Source: an uncultured delta proteobacterium
GTDB taxonomy: Bacteria > Myxococcota_A > Polyangia > Polyangiales > Polyangiaceae
Assembly: GCA_963806225.1 (NCBI GenBank)
Contig: CAWDXG010000001.1
Span: 448,001 to 512,000 of the forward strand
Length of the DNA stretch: 64,000 nucleotides
Direction: 5' to 3'
Within the stretch, counting starts at the first letter, position 1; each line of letters begins with the position of its first letter. The translations under genes were made by a program, and so were the position numbers. Positions 28,388-40,971 of the stretch are shown in pieces. Below the pieces are notes generated by a model. The model was not told where the DNA came from. It ran no database searches and was given only the letters and a program-made list of their open reading frames with translations.

Positions 28388-28493
28388 CCGCAATCGCCGG
28401 GCCCTGCGCCGTCCCGGGCCGCGCCTGCCCGGCGGGTCCGCGGGCGGGGTCGTCGCGCCTGGCATGCTCTTCTCCAGGAGGCCGCTGATTTGG

Positions 28494-28521
28494 TTGACCC
28501 CCTACGGCGGGTGGTTATCTT
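28494..28521 (+). promoter_or_regulatory. Candidate sigma70-type promoter for dnaK
   Basis: TTGACC-N16-TATCTT about 130 bp upstream of the dnaK ATG. Confidence 0.4.
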
Positions 28522-28652
28522 GCCGGCCATCCCCGCACTGCACTAGTCGGGGCCAGACTCGGCTCGATCCCCCCAGCGTGGTCTGTGCGCCGGGCGTCCG
28601 ACGCGGCTCACGGGTGTGCGGCAAATTCGAGCGTTCAGGAGAACCGGGAAAA

Positions 28653-30572
<1,920 letters not shown>

Positions 30573-30606
30573 CCCCGCTTGCCAGAGGCGGCTCCGTTCC
30601 GCCAAG

Positions 30607-31839
30607 ATGCGGGTGTGGCGCGGCAGTAGTGCGCCGCCGAGGACCCCGTTGCAGCAGGCTTTCGTCATCATTGCCGGAGGGGGACCGGCCGGAATCTCGA
30701 CCGCGCTCTTCCTGACGCACGCGGCGCCCGCGCTCGCCGACCGCATCGTGGTGCTGGAAAAGGCGCGCTACCCGCGGGAGAAGTATTGCGCCGGAGGAGT
30801 CGGCGCGCGCGCGGACAAGCTGCTCGCCTCGATCGGCGTGGTCGTCGACGTGCCGTCGGTGTGGCTGGACGGCGTCGCCTTCCGCGCCATGGGGCGGACG
30901 ACCACAGTGCGCGACGGTGCCATCGGCCGCGTCGTCCGGCGCATCGAGTTCGACCATGCGCTCGCACGCATCGCGATGAGCCGCGGGATTCGCGTTCTTG
31001 AAGACGCGGCGGTGTCGGCGATCCGGCCCTTCAGCGGCGGCGTCGAGGTTGAAAGTAGAGCGGGCGTGTTCCGCGCTCCCGCGCTCGTCGGTGCCGACGG
31101 GGTGCAGAGCATCGTGCGGCGCGCGCTCGGCTTCGGTTCGACACGCTATCGTGCCCAGGCCATCGAGCTCGATACGGAACCGGTGGACAGCGACCTGCCC
31201 CGCGACGTGCTCTTGTTCGACGCGACGAACCGCCAGCTGCCGGGCTACTACTGGGACTTCCCGACGCTGGTCGACGGCAGGGAGATGGTCTGCCGCGGCG
31301 TGTATCTGCTCAAGACGGGTGACAACGACCCGCGCGTCGAGATCCAGGACATCCTCTCGGAGCAGCTCCAGGCGCGCGGTCTGAGCCTGTCCAGCTTCAG
31401 GAAGAAGCGCTACGCCGAGCGAGGCTTCGAGCCGCATCGGCCCGTGTCGCGTCCGAACGTGCTGCTCGTCGGCGAGGCCGCGGGGATCGATCCGGTGACC
31501 GGCGAGGGCATCGCCCAGGCGATCCAGTACGGTGCGATCGCCGGGCGCTACCTGGCGCGACGCCAGCGCGATCAGGACTTCAGCTTCGCCGACTGGCCCC
31601 AGGCGGTGCGCCGCACCATGATCGGTCGGGATCTCGTCGTGCGCGAGAAGGGGGTCTCGCTCTTCTACGGTGAGGCGCGCCCGGCTATCGAACGCTTCCT
31701 GCTCGACTCGCCGGATTTCATCCGCATCGGCCTGCAGCACTTCGCCGGCAAGCGCTGGTCGAGGAGCGCGATAGCGCGAGCGGGTTGGGGTGCGCTCCGC
31801 TACACGGCGCGCTTCGGTTGGGACCACCGCTCGGCGTAG
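30607..31839 (+). CDS. FAD-dependent oxidoreductase, geranylgeranyl reductase family
   Basis: Motifs IIAGGGPAG, LEKARYPREKYCAGG, RRIEFDHAL, VGADG and LLVGEAAGIDPVTGEGI. Start uncertain. Confidence 0.85.
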   Translation: MRVWRGSSAPPRTPLQQAFVIIAGGGPAGISTALFLTHAAPALADRIVVLEKARYPREKYCAGGVGARADKLLASIGVVVDVPSVWLDGVAFRAMGRTTTVRDGAIGRVVRRIEFDHALARIAMSRGIRVLEDAAVSAIRPFSGGVEVESRAGVFRAPALVGADGVQSIVRRALGFGSTRYRAQAIELDTEPVDSDLPRDVLLFDATNRQLPGYYWDFPTLVDGREMVCRGVYLLKTGDNDPRVEIQDILSEQLQARGLSLSSFRKKRYAERGFEPHRPVSRPNVLLVGEAAGIDPVTGEGIAQAIQYGAIAGRYLARRQRDQDFSFADWPQAVRRTMIGRDLVVREKGVSLFYGEARPAIERFLLDSPDFIRIGLQHFAGKRWSRSAIARAGWGALRYTARFGWDHRSA

Positions 31840-31985
31840 ATTGGTGTTTCGCCCGGGTTTCCGGCGCGCCGTTTCGCTGGCAGTGGAACCGGTCCGATGA
31901 CCGGACGGGGGAATCCGTTGCGTGGCGCCGACAACTTTTCCGGCGCTACTTGCAGCGCCGACCGCTCCGTATAGATTGCCGCCCC

Positions 31986-33953
31986 ATGGCTCGATTCCTC
32001 ACGCGCGCCACTGCGCTGTCCTCGCTCCTTCTGTTCGTTGGTTGTGGTGGCGGGACGCCTCCCGCCCAGGCTCCGGTCGACACGTCCCAGGGCTCCGCCA
32101 AGACGGCGAAGACCGACGCCGCTCCGCCCGATCTCAGCCCGGTGGCGGCTCCCAAGGATCTGTTCCTGGTGGGTCGTTTCAAGGATCCGGGTGCGGCCGC
32201 CGACACCATCTCGAACTGGGCGGGCATGCCGGTGGACTGGCGGAAGCTCGTCGCCCGCCGCCAACCCGGTCTTTCGCGCATCGTCGCGGTGGACGCACCG
32301 GTCGACGTGGCGGCTGCGCTCGACCCCACCGGTGTCGGGCAGCTTCCGCAGCCGTTCGTGGTGATCACGGTCGGCCTCAACTCGCTCGACGAAGCGATCG
32401 CGTTCGCCAGAAAGCAGGGCGAGGACGTGCACGAGATGAGCCGCGGCGTCTACCGTGTCGGTGACGGCGGCGACTTCTCCTGCGCGGTCGCGGCATCGGT
32501 CGGCAAGGTGCCCGCGCGTCTGGTGTGCGGCGATCGCCGCCAGGACGTCGACGCGCTTCTGCCGTACGCAACGCGCGGGCTGCCGAACGCGGACCTCGGG
32601 CAGAACGATCTGCACATCGAGCTCAGGGCCGAGCCGTTCCGGCGCCACTACGCGCGTCAGCTCCGGGAGATGAAGACGCTGGCGGTGCCGTTCGTGCTCA
32701 AGGAGCTGTCCCTGGACAGCCCGTCGTTCGACCGCGCACTGGCCGATGGCGTGCACGGGCTGGGGGACGAGTTCCTCGCCCTCGTCGAGGATCTGGACAC
32801 CATCGACATCGAAGGTCGACTCGACAAGCAGAAGCAGCAGCTCGTGGCCACCGGCACGGTCAAGTTCCGCGGCGACAGCTCGTGGACGGTGCACACCATG
32901 CAGGATTCCGCCAAGCGCGCGGGACCGCCGCCCGACATGTTCTGGAAGCTGCCGAAGGACGTGGCCTCCGCCGGATACGGCGTGAGCCCCAATCCGAAGC
33001 GCTACCAGGACATCGCGCGGACCGCCGAGGAGCTAGCGGACGGACTCATGTCCCACGAGCAGGTCCCTCGTCGCGTCCGCGACGAGGCCGTCGACGCGAT
33101 CGAGCAGCTGTTCAAGCTCGACGGCGCGCACGTCTTCGCGCGTGGAGCCGTACCGGTTGCAGGTCAGAACGGCTTGGAAGACCTTCGACGCAACCGCGTC
33201 ATCTCGACAGTCGGGTGGAACGTCATCGGCTTCGACACGAAGCCCGCCCAGCTGAAGAAGCTCCTGTCTACGCTCGTCAAGGTCTACAACGACCGCCAGT
33301 TGAAGAAGCTCCTCGACAAGGAACTCGGCAAGGACAAGAAGAACCTGCCGACGCTGAAGGTGCACGCGGCCAGGGCGCGCGGTATCGCACCCGGGTCGAC
33401 GGCGTACGATCTCGTGCTGCCCGGCTCGCTGTTCGAGCGCCACTCCTCCTACTTCGGTGCGCAGAAGAAGAAGGCGGCGAAGAAGAAGACCCCCAAGTCG
33501 TTGACGGTGACCATCGTGCTGATGCCCGAGGGCAACCAGACCTGGCTCGGTGTGTCCGCCGACTCCAAGGCCCTGTACGAGAAGCTCGCCCAGATCCACA
33601 CGGGCAAGGACACGCTCGCTTCCCGCGAGGGGCTGGCCCAGCTGAAGAGCTCGAAGGCGATCTCGGGCGGCTTCATGACCCTGGCCGGGTTCACCAACGG
33701 CATGCGCTCCGATATGCGCGCCGCGCTGGGTCCCGGCTTCGCCAAGGCGCTGGAGAAGGTGTTCAACGCCCTGCCGAACCACGGTGAGACGCCGATCCCC
33801 TATACGCTCATGGTCGGCCAGAGCGGCGGCGTGTCCCTGGACTGGTCGCTGCGCGCCCCGAAGGCGGTCGTCGTGGACATCGGCGCCCTGGTTCCGGCAG
33901 TGATCGCGCTGAAATCCCAGATGGGCGGCGGCGCGATGATGCACAGGCCCTGA
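31986..33953 (+). CDS. Large hypothetical lipoprotein
   Basis: MARFLTRATALSSLLLFVGC lipobox on a long ORF with typical codon usage. Confidence 0.8.
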   Translation: MARFLTRATALSSLLLFVGCGGGTPPAQAPVDTSQGSAKTAKTDAAPPDLSPVAAPKDLFLVGRFKDPGAAADTISNWAGMPVDWRKLVARRQPGLSRIVAVDAPVDVAAALDPTGVGQLPQPFVVITVGLNSLDEAIAFARKQGEDVHEMSRGVYRVGDGGDFSCAVAASVGKVPARLVCGDRRQDVDALLPYATRGLPNADLGQNDLHIELRAEPFRRHYARQLREMKTLAVPFVLKELSLDSPSFDRALADGVHGLGDEFLALVEDLDTIDIEGRLDKQKQQLVATGTVKFRGDSSWTVHTMQDSAKRAGPPPDMFWKLPKDVASAGYGVSPNPKRYQDIARTAEELADGLMSHEQVPRRVRDEAVDAIEQLFKLDGAHVFARGAVPVAGQNGLEDLRRNRVISTVGWNVIGFDTKPAQLKKLLSTLVKVYNDRQLKKLLDKELGKDKKNLPTLKVHAARARGIAPGSTAYDLVLPGSLFERHSSYFGAQKKKAAKKKTPKSLTVTIVLMPEGNQTWLGVSADSKALYEKLAQIHTGKDTLASREGLAQLKSSKAISGGFMTLAGFTNGMRSDMRAALGPGFAKALEKVFNALPNHGETPIPYTLMVGQSGGVSLDWSLRAPKAVVVDIGALVPAVIALKSQMGGGAMMHRP

Positions 33954-33959
33954 CGCCCG

Positions 33960-33977
33960 CCGGGGGCGGGCCCCCGG
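33960..33977 (+). terminator. GC-rich inverted repeat after the lipoprotein stop (possible terminator)
   Basis: CCGGGGGC-GG-GCCCCCGG lies 6 nt after the stop. There is no U-tract. Confidence 0.3.
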
Positions 33978-34047
33978 AGCCACCGCGACCCAAAGGGGCG
34001 CGGAATTTGGCCGTTTCCGCGATGGCCATGTAACGAGCAGTCGTAGG

Positions 34048-35862
34048 ATGTGTGCAACACACCGACACCTGCTTACATGGGCGCTGGCGCTGGCCGGGCT
34101 GGTCCTGGCCAGTCCAGCCCAGGCTTGGGTCGAAAAGACGGTCGAGTCCGATGTGGTCACGCTCGACGTGGCGCGGGACGGCACCGCCGTCGTCTCCCAC
34201 GAGATCGTGATGAAGGTGCGGGGCGGACCTCTCAAGGGGTTCGACCTGGCCGGCGTCGACAGCGACGCGCAGCCCATGCCCGATGCCAGCGTGTCGCCGG
34301 CCGCGAGCGGCAGCCGGGGCACGAACCCGATCCCGCTGCTGCTCGACAAGCGCGACGACGACAGCCTGCGCGTCGAGATCGACAACGACAAGGGCATCAA
34401 GCGCGGAAGCTTCCTGTTCAAGCTGGGCTACCGCACCAATCTGCTCGCGCGGCACCTGATCGAACCCGCCGGGGCCAAGGTCCACATCACGTGGGTCGGT
34501 CCCAGGTTCGATGACGGGATCAACTCCGCCCGCGTCCTGTTCCGCCTGCCGCGCGCGGAGAACCCGCCGCGTCTGCCGCCGCCCGATCCCGAACAGTCGC
34601 TCCTCGGCGGGAGCCAAGGCGGCGTCTTCCTCGCCAATCTGCATCGCCTCGGGGAAAAGGACGAGCTCGAGGTGGTGCGACCGCACATGGCGAAGGACGA
34701 GCCCGTACAGTGGCGGGTCGAGGCCGACGCCAAGGTGTTCGATGCGTTTGCCGTTCCCGCGGCGGCGCCGGCTCCCGGCGCGACTCCGGCTCTGCCTCCC
34801 GCGCGGCCCCGCCGCCGCGTGTTCGGCATCCTCGTGCTGCTCGCGGTGGCGTTGGGCTACGGCTCGCTGATCGTGCTGAAGTGGCGCGCGGCGAACAAGG
34901 CCTGCCGCGAGCGCGGCGCGGAGGCGCGCGCGCTTCTGCCGCTGCCCTACGCCCTCAGGGGGGCGCTGGCAGGCGTTGCTCTCGCCGCGGCAGCGTTCGT
35001 CGGCGCGAGCACGGAGCTGCCCACCGTAGCGGGCGTGCTGCTGCTGGCAGCGATGGCGCTGGCGGCGCATGTCGCGCCTCGTCCGGTCCCGCCCCTGCGC
35101 GGCCCCGGGCGGTGGTTGCCACTGGGCGAGGACGAGGCCTTTGCCAGGAAGAAGCGGCGGCTGCCTGGGCGCTTCCTCGACAGCGGCACGCTAGCCGGGT
35201 TCTGCCTGTTCGTGCTGGCACTGGCTGCCTTCGCCGCTGGTGGGCTGTACCTTTTGCCGCACTCCCCCTATCACGCGCTGATGCTGGCGCTTTCGTCCGC
35301 GTGTCTGCTGCCGATCTTCTGCACGGGGCGCGCCGGCGAGCTGCCTGCGGATCCTGTCGAGCAGCCGCGCGCGCTGCTCGGATGGCTCTCGCGCAAGCTT
35401 GGCCCCGACGCCTCGCTCAAGGTGGTCCCGTGGGCGCGGATTCCTGTGAACAGCGCGGATCCGGACGAGATGCGTCTCTTGATCATGCCGCGCCGTGCCC
35501 GGCGCGGGCTCACGGCCATCGAGGTCGGCATGGAGTACCAGCAGGCAGCCGGCGGACCGATTGCTCTGCCGTGCGTCATCGTGCGCGCAGCGGACGGCTC
35601 GGAGAGCTACCAGGCGTTGCCCCGGAGCGTCGTGTGGACGCGCGGGCGCAAGCCCGAGGAGCGCGTTGCGGTGATCCGCCCCAAGCTGCCCACCCGCGGC
35701 ATGTGCCTTTCCCTGGTCAAGCGCTTGGTCGAGATGCTCGAGGAACCTGGAGCTCCGGCGCGCGGTCGGGGTCAATCGCCGAGGACCCGCCGCAGATCAT
35801 CCGGCAGGGCATCCTCGACGGCGAAAGCCGGCAGCTCGGCATCGCCCGCCCACGCCACGTAA
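34048..35862 (+). CDS. Hypothetical membrane protein (signal peptide, periplasmic domain, multiple TM helices)
   Basis: ASPAQA signal cleavage site, a beta-rich N-domain and about 5 hydrophobic helices. The 3' end overlaps the convergent RluA gene. Confidence 0.75.
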   Translation: MCATHRHLLTWALALAGLVLASPAQAWVEKTVESDVVTLDVARDGTAVVSHEIVMKVRGGPLKGFDLAGVDSDAQPMPDASVSPAASGSRGTNPIPLLLDKRDDDSLRVEIDNDKGIKRGSFLFKLGYRTNLLARHLIEPAGAKVHITWVGPRFDDGINSARVLFRLPRAENPPRLPPPDPEQSLLGGSQGGVFLANLHRLGEKDELEVVRPHMAKDEPVQWRVEADAKVFDAFAVPAAAPAPGATPALPPARPRRRVFGILVLLAVALGYGSLIVLKWRAANKACRERGAEARALLPLPYALRGALAGVALAAAAFVGASTELPTVAGVLLLAAMALAAHVAPRPVPPLRGPGRWLPLGEDEAFARKKRRLPGRFLDSGTLAGFCLFVLALAAFAAGGLYLLPHSPYHALMLALSSACLLPIFCTGRAGELPADPVEQPRALLGWLSRKLGPDASLKVVPWARIPVNSADPDEMRLLIMPRRARRGLTAIEVGMEYQQAAGGPIALPCVIVRAADGSESYQALPRSVVWTRGRKPEERVAVIRPKLPTRGMCLSLVKRLVEMLEEPGAPARGRGQSPRTRRRSSGRASSTAKAGSSASPAHAT

Positions 35863-36696
35863 CTCGCGTGGAGAGCATGGCGCGGGCCGAGCGCTTCCAC
35901 GGGCTCGCCTCCGTACAGGATGTCGCCCGCGATCGGGTGCCCGATGAACGCGAGATGCGCGCGCACCTGGTGTCGATAGGCGTGCGACACTTCCACTTCG
36001 ACCAGCGCAAAATGCGATTTCCTTGCCAGCACGCGGTAGCGCGTGCGCGCGCGGCGTGCTCCGCGGTGATCCTGGATGTCCGGACCCACCCGCACGCGCT
36101 TCCGGTTCGCGCGGTCCGGGGCGATCGGGGCGTCGATGGTCCCAAGGTCGTCGAGCCCCTCGCCGGGGATCACTGCCAGATAGCGCTTGGCGAGTCTCCC
36201 CGCGCGTAGCTCCCCGCGCAGGTGCTCGAAGACGCTGGCGGAGCGCGCCGCCACGAGCAACCCCGAGGTCTGAGTGTCCAGGCGGTGCAGAAGCCCCGGC
36301 TCACGCGGACGGTATCCCACGCTGCGCATCTCCGGGTAGCGGCCGAGCAGCGCCCCCGCCAGCGTACCGCCCTCGGCGTCGTCCAGCGGCACGCTCGGCT
36401 GCCCCGCCGGCTTGGCGACGACCACGAGCCCGGGCATCTCCAGCCGCACATCGAGCGGCGCATCCGGCTCGGCGGCCACGCTCTCCGGCGGAGCGAGCTC
36501 GACGGTCAGCTCTGCGCCCGCCGGCGCCGGCTCTCCCTTCAGCGCGGGGCGCCCATCGATCTGCACCGCGCCGCTCGCGAACAGCCGGGCCGCGCGCTTG
36601 CGTCCCAGGCCGGGCACGCGCCGGATCACGACGCGATCCAGCCGCTGCCCGGCCTCTTCGCGTTCCACCGAAAACCTTAGCGTTGTCCGATGACAT
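35772..36696 (-). CDS. RluA/RluD-family pseudouridine synthase (apparent frameshift just after the start codon)
   Basis: S4-like GQRLDR plus KPAG, LLHRLDTQTSGLLVAA, KRYLA, HQVRAHLAFIGHPIAGDILYG and HALHA. The ATG at 36696 is out of frame with the body. Confidence 0.9.
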
Positions 36697-36711
36697 CTCG
36701 TGGAATATCGC

Positions 36712-38141
36712 CTACCAGCTTCCCTGCACGCCGCCTCCGAGCACGGGGCTTTCCGGCGCCCGCCTTCACTGACGCTTTCGCCGATCACTCCTGCCGTAGG
36801 GGAGCGCCGCCCACTGTGTCGGCGCCTCGTCGTCGCCGGCGTGATGGCTCGTGGTCGGGTGAGAAAGTAGCTGCACGGTCGCACCCGCCACGGCGCCTCC
36901 CGCCATGCTCGCGAGCCAGGCGCGGTCCTTGCTTTTGGTCTTGTTGTCGCCGAACACCAGCGGGCTGGCTGCCGCGGCTCACCGGTCAGCGTGCCCAGCA
37001 TGCCGCCGAGATCCACCAGCAGGACGCGCGACGGAGCGACCTGGATCTGCGTGGCCAGCGTGCCGGCGAGCAGCACGCCGAAGCCGGCGCCGTAGCCCAT
37101 GCCCCGCGTCGGCGTGGCGTCCGTGCGCCCCTCGTAGGTGAGCTCGCGCGATGCCCGCCGAGCAGCATTCCGAAGGCGCCGCCGGAGTGCGTGAGCGTAG
37201 CGCCGCCTTCGCCCATGCCCTTGAAGCTCAGCGGCACGGTTCCCAGCGTGATGCCGGCCGAAGCTCCGACCAGCCCGTAGACGTAGCGATCGCTGGCGGG
37301 CGAGACGTCGTAGCCGTCGGCGAGCAGCAGGCCGGCGGCGGTCGGCCACACCGCTCCTGCCGACAGGTACCAGGCGTCGCCGAGCCCCACGTCCCACTCG
37401 TCCGCGACGATCATCGAGCCGCCCAGGCCGATGCCCGTGCCGAGCGCCATGAGCGGGTAGGTGAGCCGGGCGTCGCTGGAACCGCTGGCGCGCTGCAGCG
37501 ACAGTCCGACGTAGCCGCCGAGCACCGCCGCATTCAGCGCGAGCACGGCGCGGCCCTCGTGAGCGCGCATGGTGCACGATCGCTGGGCTCCTCCACCGGC
37601 CCTGCGGGCTCGGACGGCGTCGGAGAGGCCTCGTGCCGCCCCGCCTGCACCAGGTCGCGCAGCATGACCATCGCCCGGACCTCGAACTCCCGAGGAGCCA
37701 CGTCCTGCGACCGGACCAGCACGCACCTTCGAACCGGGCGCGACCGCCAGCAGCCGCAGCCTGAGCTGGCCGTCCTCGTAGCGCCAGGCGCGGCGAGACC
37801 ACCCAGCTGTCGTGCGCGCGCTTGACCAGCGCGTCCTCCGTGAGCGTCAGCGCGGGCTGACGCTGGGCCGCTCGGAAACGTCCATCGTCAGCCCGAGGTC
37901 CTGCACGGACTCCCCCAGGATCACGTCCAGCTGCCGCGCCCAGCGAGCGAGCCCGCCCGGGCCCGGTCGCTTCGAGGGCGTTCGAGCATTTTGACGCCGT
38001 GCCGTTCGCGGCTCGCGGACGGGGAGTCATGGTCGGCAGCAGGACGACGTCGTCCTGGCCCGCGAGTGCGAGCGCCGGGAGCAGCCGTCAGCAGTGCGCC
38101 GAGCAGCCAGGCCACCCTGCGAGCTCTGCTTCGAGCATCAT
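36712..38141 (-). pseudogene. Exported/membrane hypothetical protein broken by many frameshifts (pseudogene or sequencing error)
   Basis: One coherent protein can be stitched across frames: AWLLGALL / AGQDDVVLLP / RQLDVILGESVQDLG / LTEDALVK / VLVRSQD / GRAVLALNAA...DAWYLSAG / ELTYEG / PVLGGGVQGSW*. Confidence 0.65.
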
Positions 38142-38252
38142 CGGCGCGCCCTCACGAAACCGTTCTACCGCCCCTCGGCGCATAGCTCAATCGGCCTCGC
38201 CGTCCGGGTGCCAGCCGCGGCGTCGCGTCCCGGCAATTCGCGAACGGCGAGG

Positions 38253-38347
38253 GACAGTGAGCCCGCAATGAGCGTAGCGAATCGCATCGGGGTGCCCGAG
38301 CGGCGGTGAGCCCCCTCGAGCAGGACTACGGCGGGGGTGGGTGGGTG
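38253..38347. repeat. 95-bp REP-like interspersed repeat, copy B
   Basis: Ungapped match of about 88% to 28164-28258, in the same orientation. Confidence 0.85.
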
Positions 38348-38356
38348 CGACCGGCC

Positions 38357-39930
38357 CTAGAACATCACGGTGGCGTTGAGCCAGGCGTCGAAGGCGTGCG
38401 AGCCGTCGACCTTGAATCGACGACCCGGCATGTTGACCGAAGCCCGGTAGTTCGGGTTCGGGATGCCGGTTGCGGTGGTCGTCGTCGAGTCGTTGCCCGC
38501 GCTGCGCGTCTGCTTGCACGGCCCCGCCTTGCCCACGTCGTTGTTGAACTGGGGGTTGCAGGGCTGATCGAACGTGATGAGTGGGACTGCGTCAACGTGT
38601 ACGCGCCGCCGAGGTTGAACTTCACGTACTCGCCGGCCTGCCAGGTAAACTGGGTGCTGAGCGTGTACGTCCCGTGCTGCTGCACATCCGAAAGACCCGT
38701 GAAGTACACCTTCTGCGAGTTCGGATTCGCGACCGACGGGTACTGCCCACTGCTCGCCGAATCCGGGTTGGCCTGGTACTCCGCGTAGTTCGGCCTGCGG
38801 ATCGACGGTGCGTCGCTGGAGCCCAGTGCGTCGAACAGCTCCGAGTAGTCGCGGCCCTCCGACACGTAGGTGCCGGCGAAGCGGAAGTCGAAGGTGACCC
38901 GCTGGAACTTGTCACGCACCTCCCAAGGGATGACGTTGACGCCCATCAGCATGGTGCCGCGGAGCGGCGGGTGGTTGACCAGCGAGCCCTTCAGATCGGT
39001 CGCGCCGTAGTCGCTCGAGTCGTTCTGGAACTCGAACAGCGCCTTGAAGCCGCCGTAGGGCTCGATGTACTTGATGCGCTTCGACAGGTAGGTGTGCGCT
39101 TCGAGCGACGTGGTGCCACGGCTCACGCCCGGTGAGCGCCCGCCGGTGAAGTTGCCCTCGAGCACGTCGTTGCTGCCGTCGGCGTTGACGACGGGGTACT
39201 CGCCGCTCACGCCGTTGCGGTTGATGTCCGACGGATACGCGCACTTCTGCTGGCTGTTCTTCAGATTGAGCGGGCTCGGGTTGGCGTTGCAGGCGTGCAT
39301 CGGCGTGCCGACGCTGAACCGGCCTTCGACCCCGAGCACCCAGGTGGGCTTCGTGCGGTCGCGGAACTGGTTCATGATTCCCACGTCGAGCCCGACCGCG
39401 AGGTACTCGACGCCGCTGCGGGTCGGTGCCGTGAAGGGCAGCTTGAACAGCTGCTCGCCCGGCGCGCCGCTGAGATACGTCGCCTGGTGCTGATCGCTGC
39501 CGTTGACGCCCTCGATCTTCTGGTCGTTGGACAGGATGATCGGCACGCGGACGATCAGCGCGATGTCCTTGAACAGGCCGATCTCCGCTTTCGTGTTGAG
39601 GCGGCTTACCGACTGCGAGTACTTGCCGATATTCAGCGCGTCGCTGACGTATCCACCTGTCGTCAGGCCGGGCTGGGCAATTGCGGTTTCGCGCCTGATG
39701 TTGGCGCTTTTCCATGTCTGCTGGTAGCCGAGCGTGAGGTTCAGGTCGAACGGATCATCGTTCTGGTCGTCGAATGCATCGACGACCTGCGTGATCTCGG
39801 CCGGTTCCTGCAGAACCGCGGGTTCGGTCACCTTGTGCGGTTCGTCGGCCTGCGCCACGCCGCTGCTGCCCAGAGCTGCCAGTGCGGTCGCGACGGCAAG
39901 ACCTAGCCGCATTGCGTCAAAGTTATCCAT
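38357..39930 (-). CDS. Exported protein, putative outer-membrane beta-barrel (1-nt frameshift near 38580)
   Basis: Signal peptide ...GVAQA and amphipathic strands (LNLTLGYQQ, WVLGVEGRF, LSTQFTWQAGEYVKFNLGGAY). Restoring the frame gives ...FDAWLNATVMF* with a terminal Phe. Confidence 0.7.
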
Positions 39931-39967
39931 GCGTCGGAGGCCCATCAACGTCGCCTGTCGTTAGCGG

Positions 39968-39997
39968 ACGCTAGCTGTCTGTCGGCGAAACTGTCAA
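39968..39997 (-). promoter_or_regulatory. Candidate sigma70-type promoter
   Basis: TTGACA-N18-TAGCGT upstream of the putative barrel gene. Confidence 0.4.
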
Positions 39998-40086
39998 CGG
40001 GCTGATACGACTTCCGTCGATCCAGCCCCGATCCAGAGCGAAAGCAGCCCCGCGAGCGCTGGATCAGAGGCGGTCGGGAGGCGTAG

Positions 40087-40971
40087 CTACCGGTGCGGAA
40101 CAGCCTGCCAGCGCTTTTCCGACTGCTCGAGCTGCCCCCAGAGGCGCTTCCGCTCGGCGGGGTCGCTGGTTCGGCCCACCGCGGCTTCCGCTGTGGCACA
40201 GGCTGCCCGGGCGGCTTTCCGGGCGCGCACGTGGGCAGCAGCGCGTTCCCCGAGCGTGCCCGCGTCCTTGCTGGTCGGCTTGTCGATGACGGCCTTGGCC
40301 CGGCGCGCGGTTTCCTCGGCGGCCTTCCGGCACAGGGAGACCAGCTTTTCCGTGTCCAGAGCTCCGGAGAGATGGACGGTTGCCTTGTGTCGCGGGTCGA
40401 CTTTCTCCGGTCCGTCGCGCGTGGCCCCGGGCGCGGGGCTGATCCAGGCGTCTCCGGAGCGCGAGGTCACCACGAGCTGCTTGTCGGACAGCGTCGCGAC
40501 CAGACGGGCGTCGCCGTAGATGACAGTGCCGAGCGGCGTGGCGATGAGGGCTTCCGCGCCCGGCCGCGCGCCCGGACCGTTGGTGGTGACGACCTCGCCG
40601 TTGGCCAGCAGGACTTGCTCCGCTCCACCAGGACAGACGATGGCGCGCCCTGGACCGCGCAGCTGGAACTCGCGCGCGCTCAGCGAGTGGCGCACGTCCA
40701 CCACGGCATCCTTGCCGAGCTCGAGCCAGCGCGAGCCGTCGATGAGCGAGCGGCTCTTCAGGCGCCCTGCTCCGGAAACGCTGACCGAGCCCTTGACCGA
40801 GAGCGCCCGGCAGAACAGCCGCTGTGCCTTGCCCAACGAGCGCTCCGCCTTGCGCGCCGACGCCGAGGTGGATGCTGCAGCGCCGGCCTGTGGCTTGTCG
40901 TGCTTCTTGCAGCCGGTCGTGGCGAGCAGAAGTGCGGCAACAGCCCAGTAGAATCGATCGCGGACCATCAC
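40087..40971 (-). CDS. Hypothetical lipoprotein
   Basis: LLLATTGC lipobox, with a beta-rich middle and helical C-terminus. The start overlaps the phosphatase stop (GTGA). Confidence 0.7.
   Translation of the reverse strand: MMVRDRFYWAVAALLLATTGCKKHDKPQAGAAASTSASARKAERSLGKAQRLFCRALSVKGSVSVSGAGRLKSRSLIDGSRWLELGKDAVVDVRHSLSAREFQLRGPGRAIVCPGGAEQVLLANGEVVTTNGPGARPGAEALIATPLGTVIYGDARLVATLSDKQLVVTSRSGDAWISPAPGATRDGPEKVDPRHKATVHLSGALDTEKLVSLCRKAAEETARRAKAVIDKPTSKDAGTLGERAAAHVRARKAARAACATAEAAVGRTSDPAERKRLWGQLEQSEKRWQAVPHR

Noticed and set aside
28400..28652. CIRCE or sigma32 element upstream of dnaK
   Set aside because: No TTAGCACTC-N9-GAGTGCTAA and no convincing CTTGAA..CCCCAT match found.
35772..35862. 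91-bp convergent overlap between the membrane protein and RluA genes
   Set aside because: The tail is low-information read-through on the antisense of RluA, which is common in GC-rich genomes.
35772..38030. 752-aa ORF suggesting a membrane protein-RluA fusion
   Set aside because: Artefact of the frameshift-rich patch joining two separate genes.
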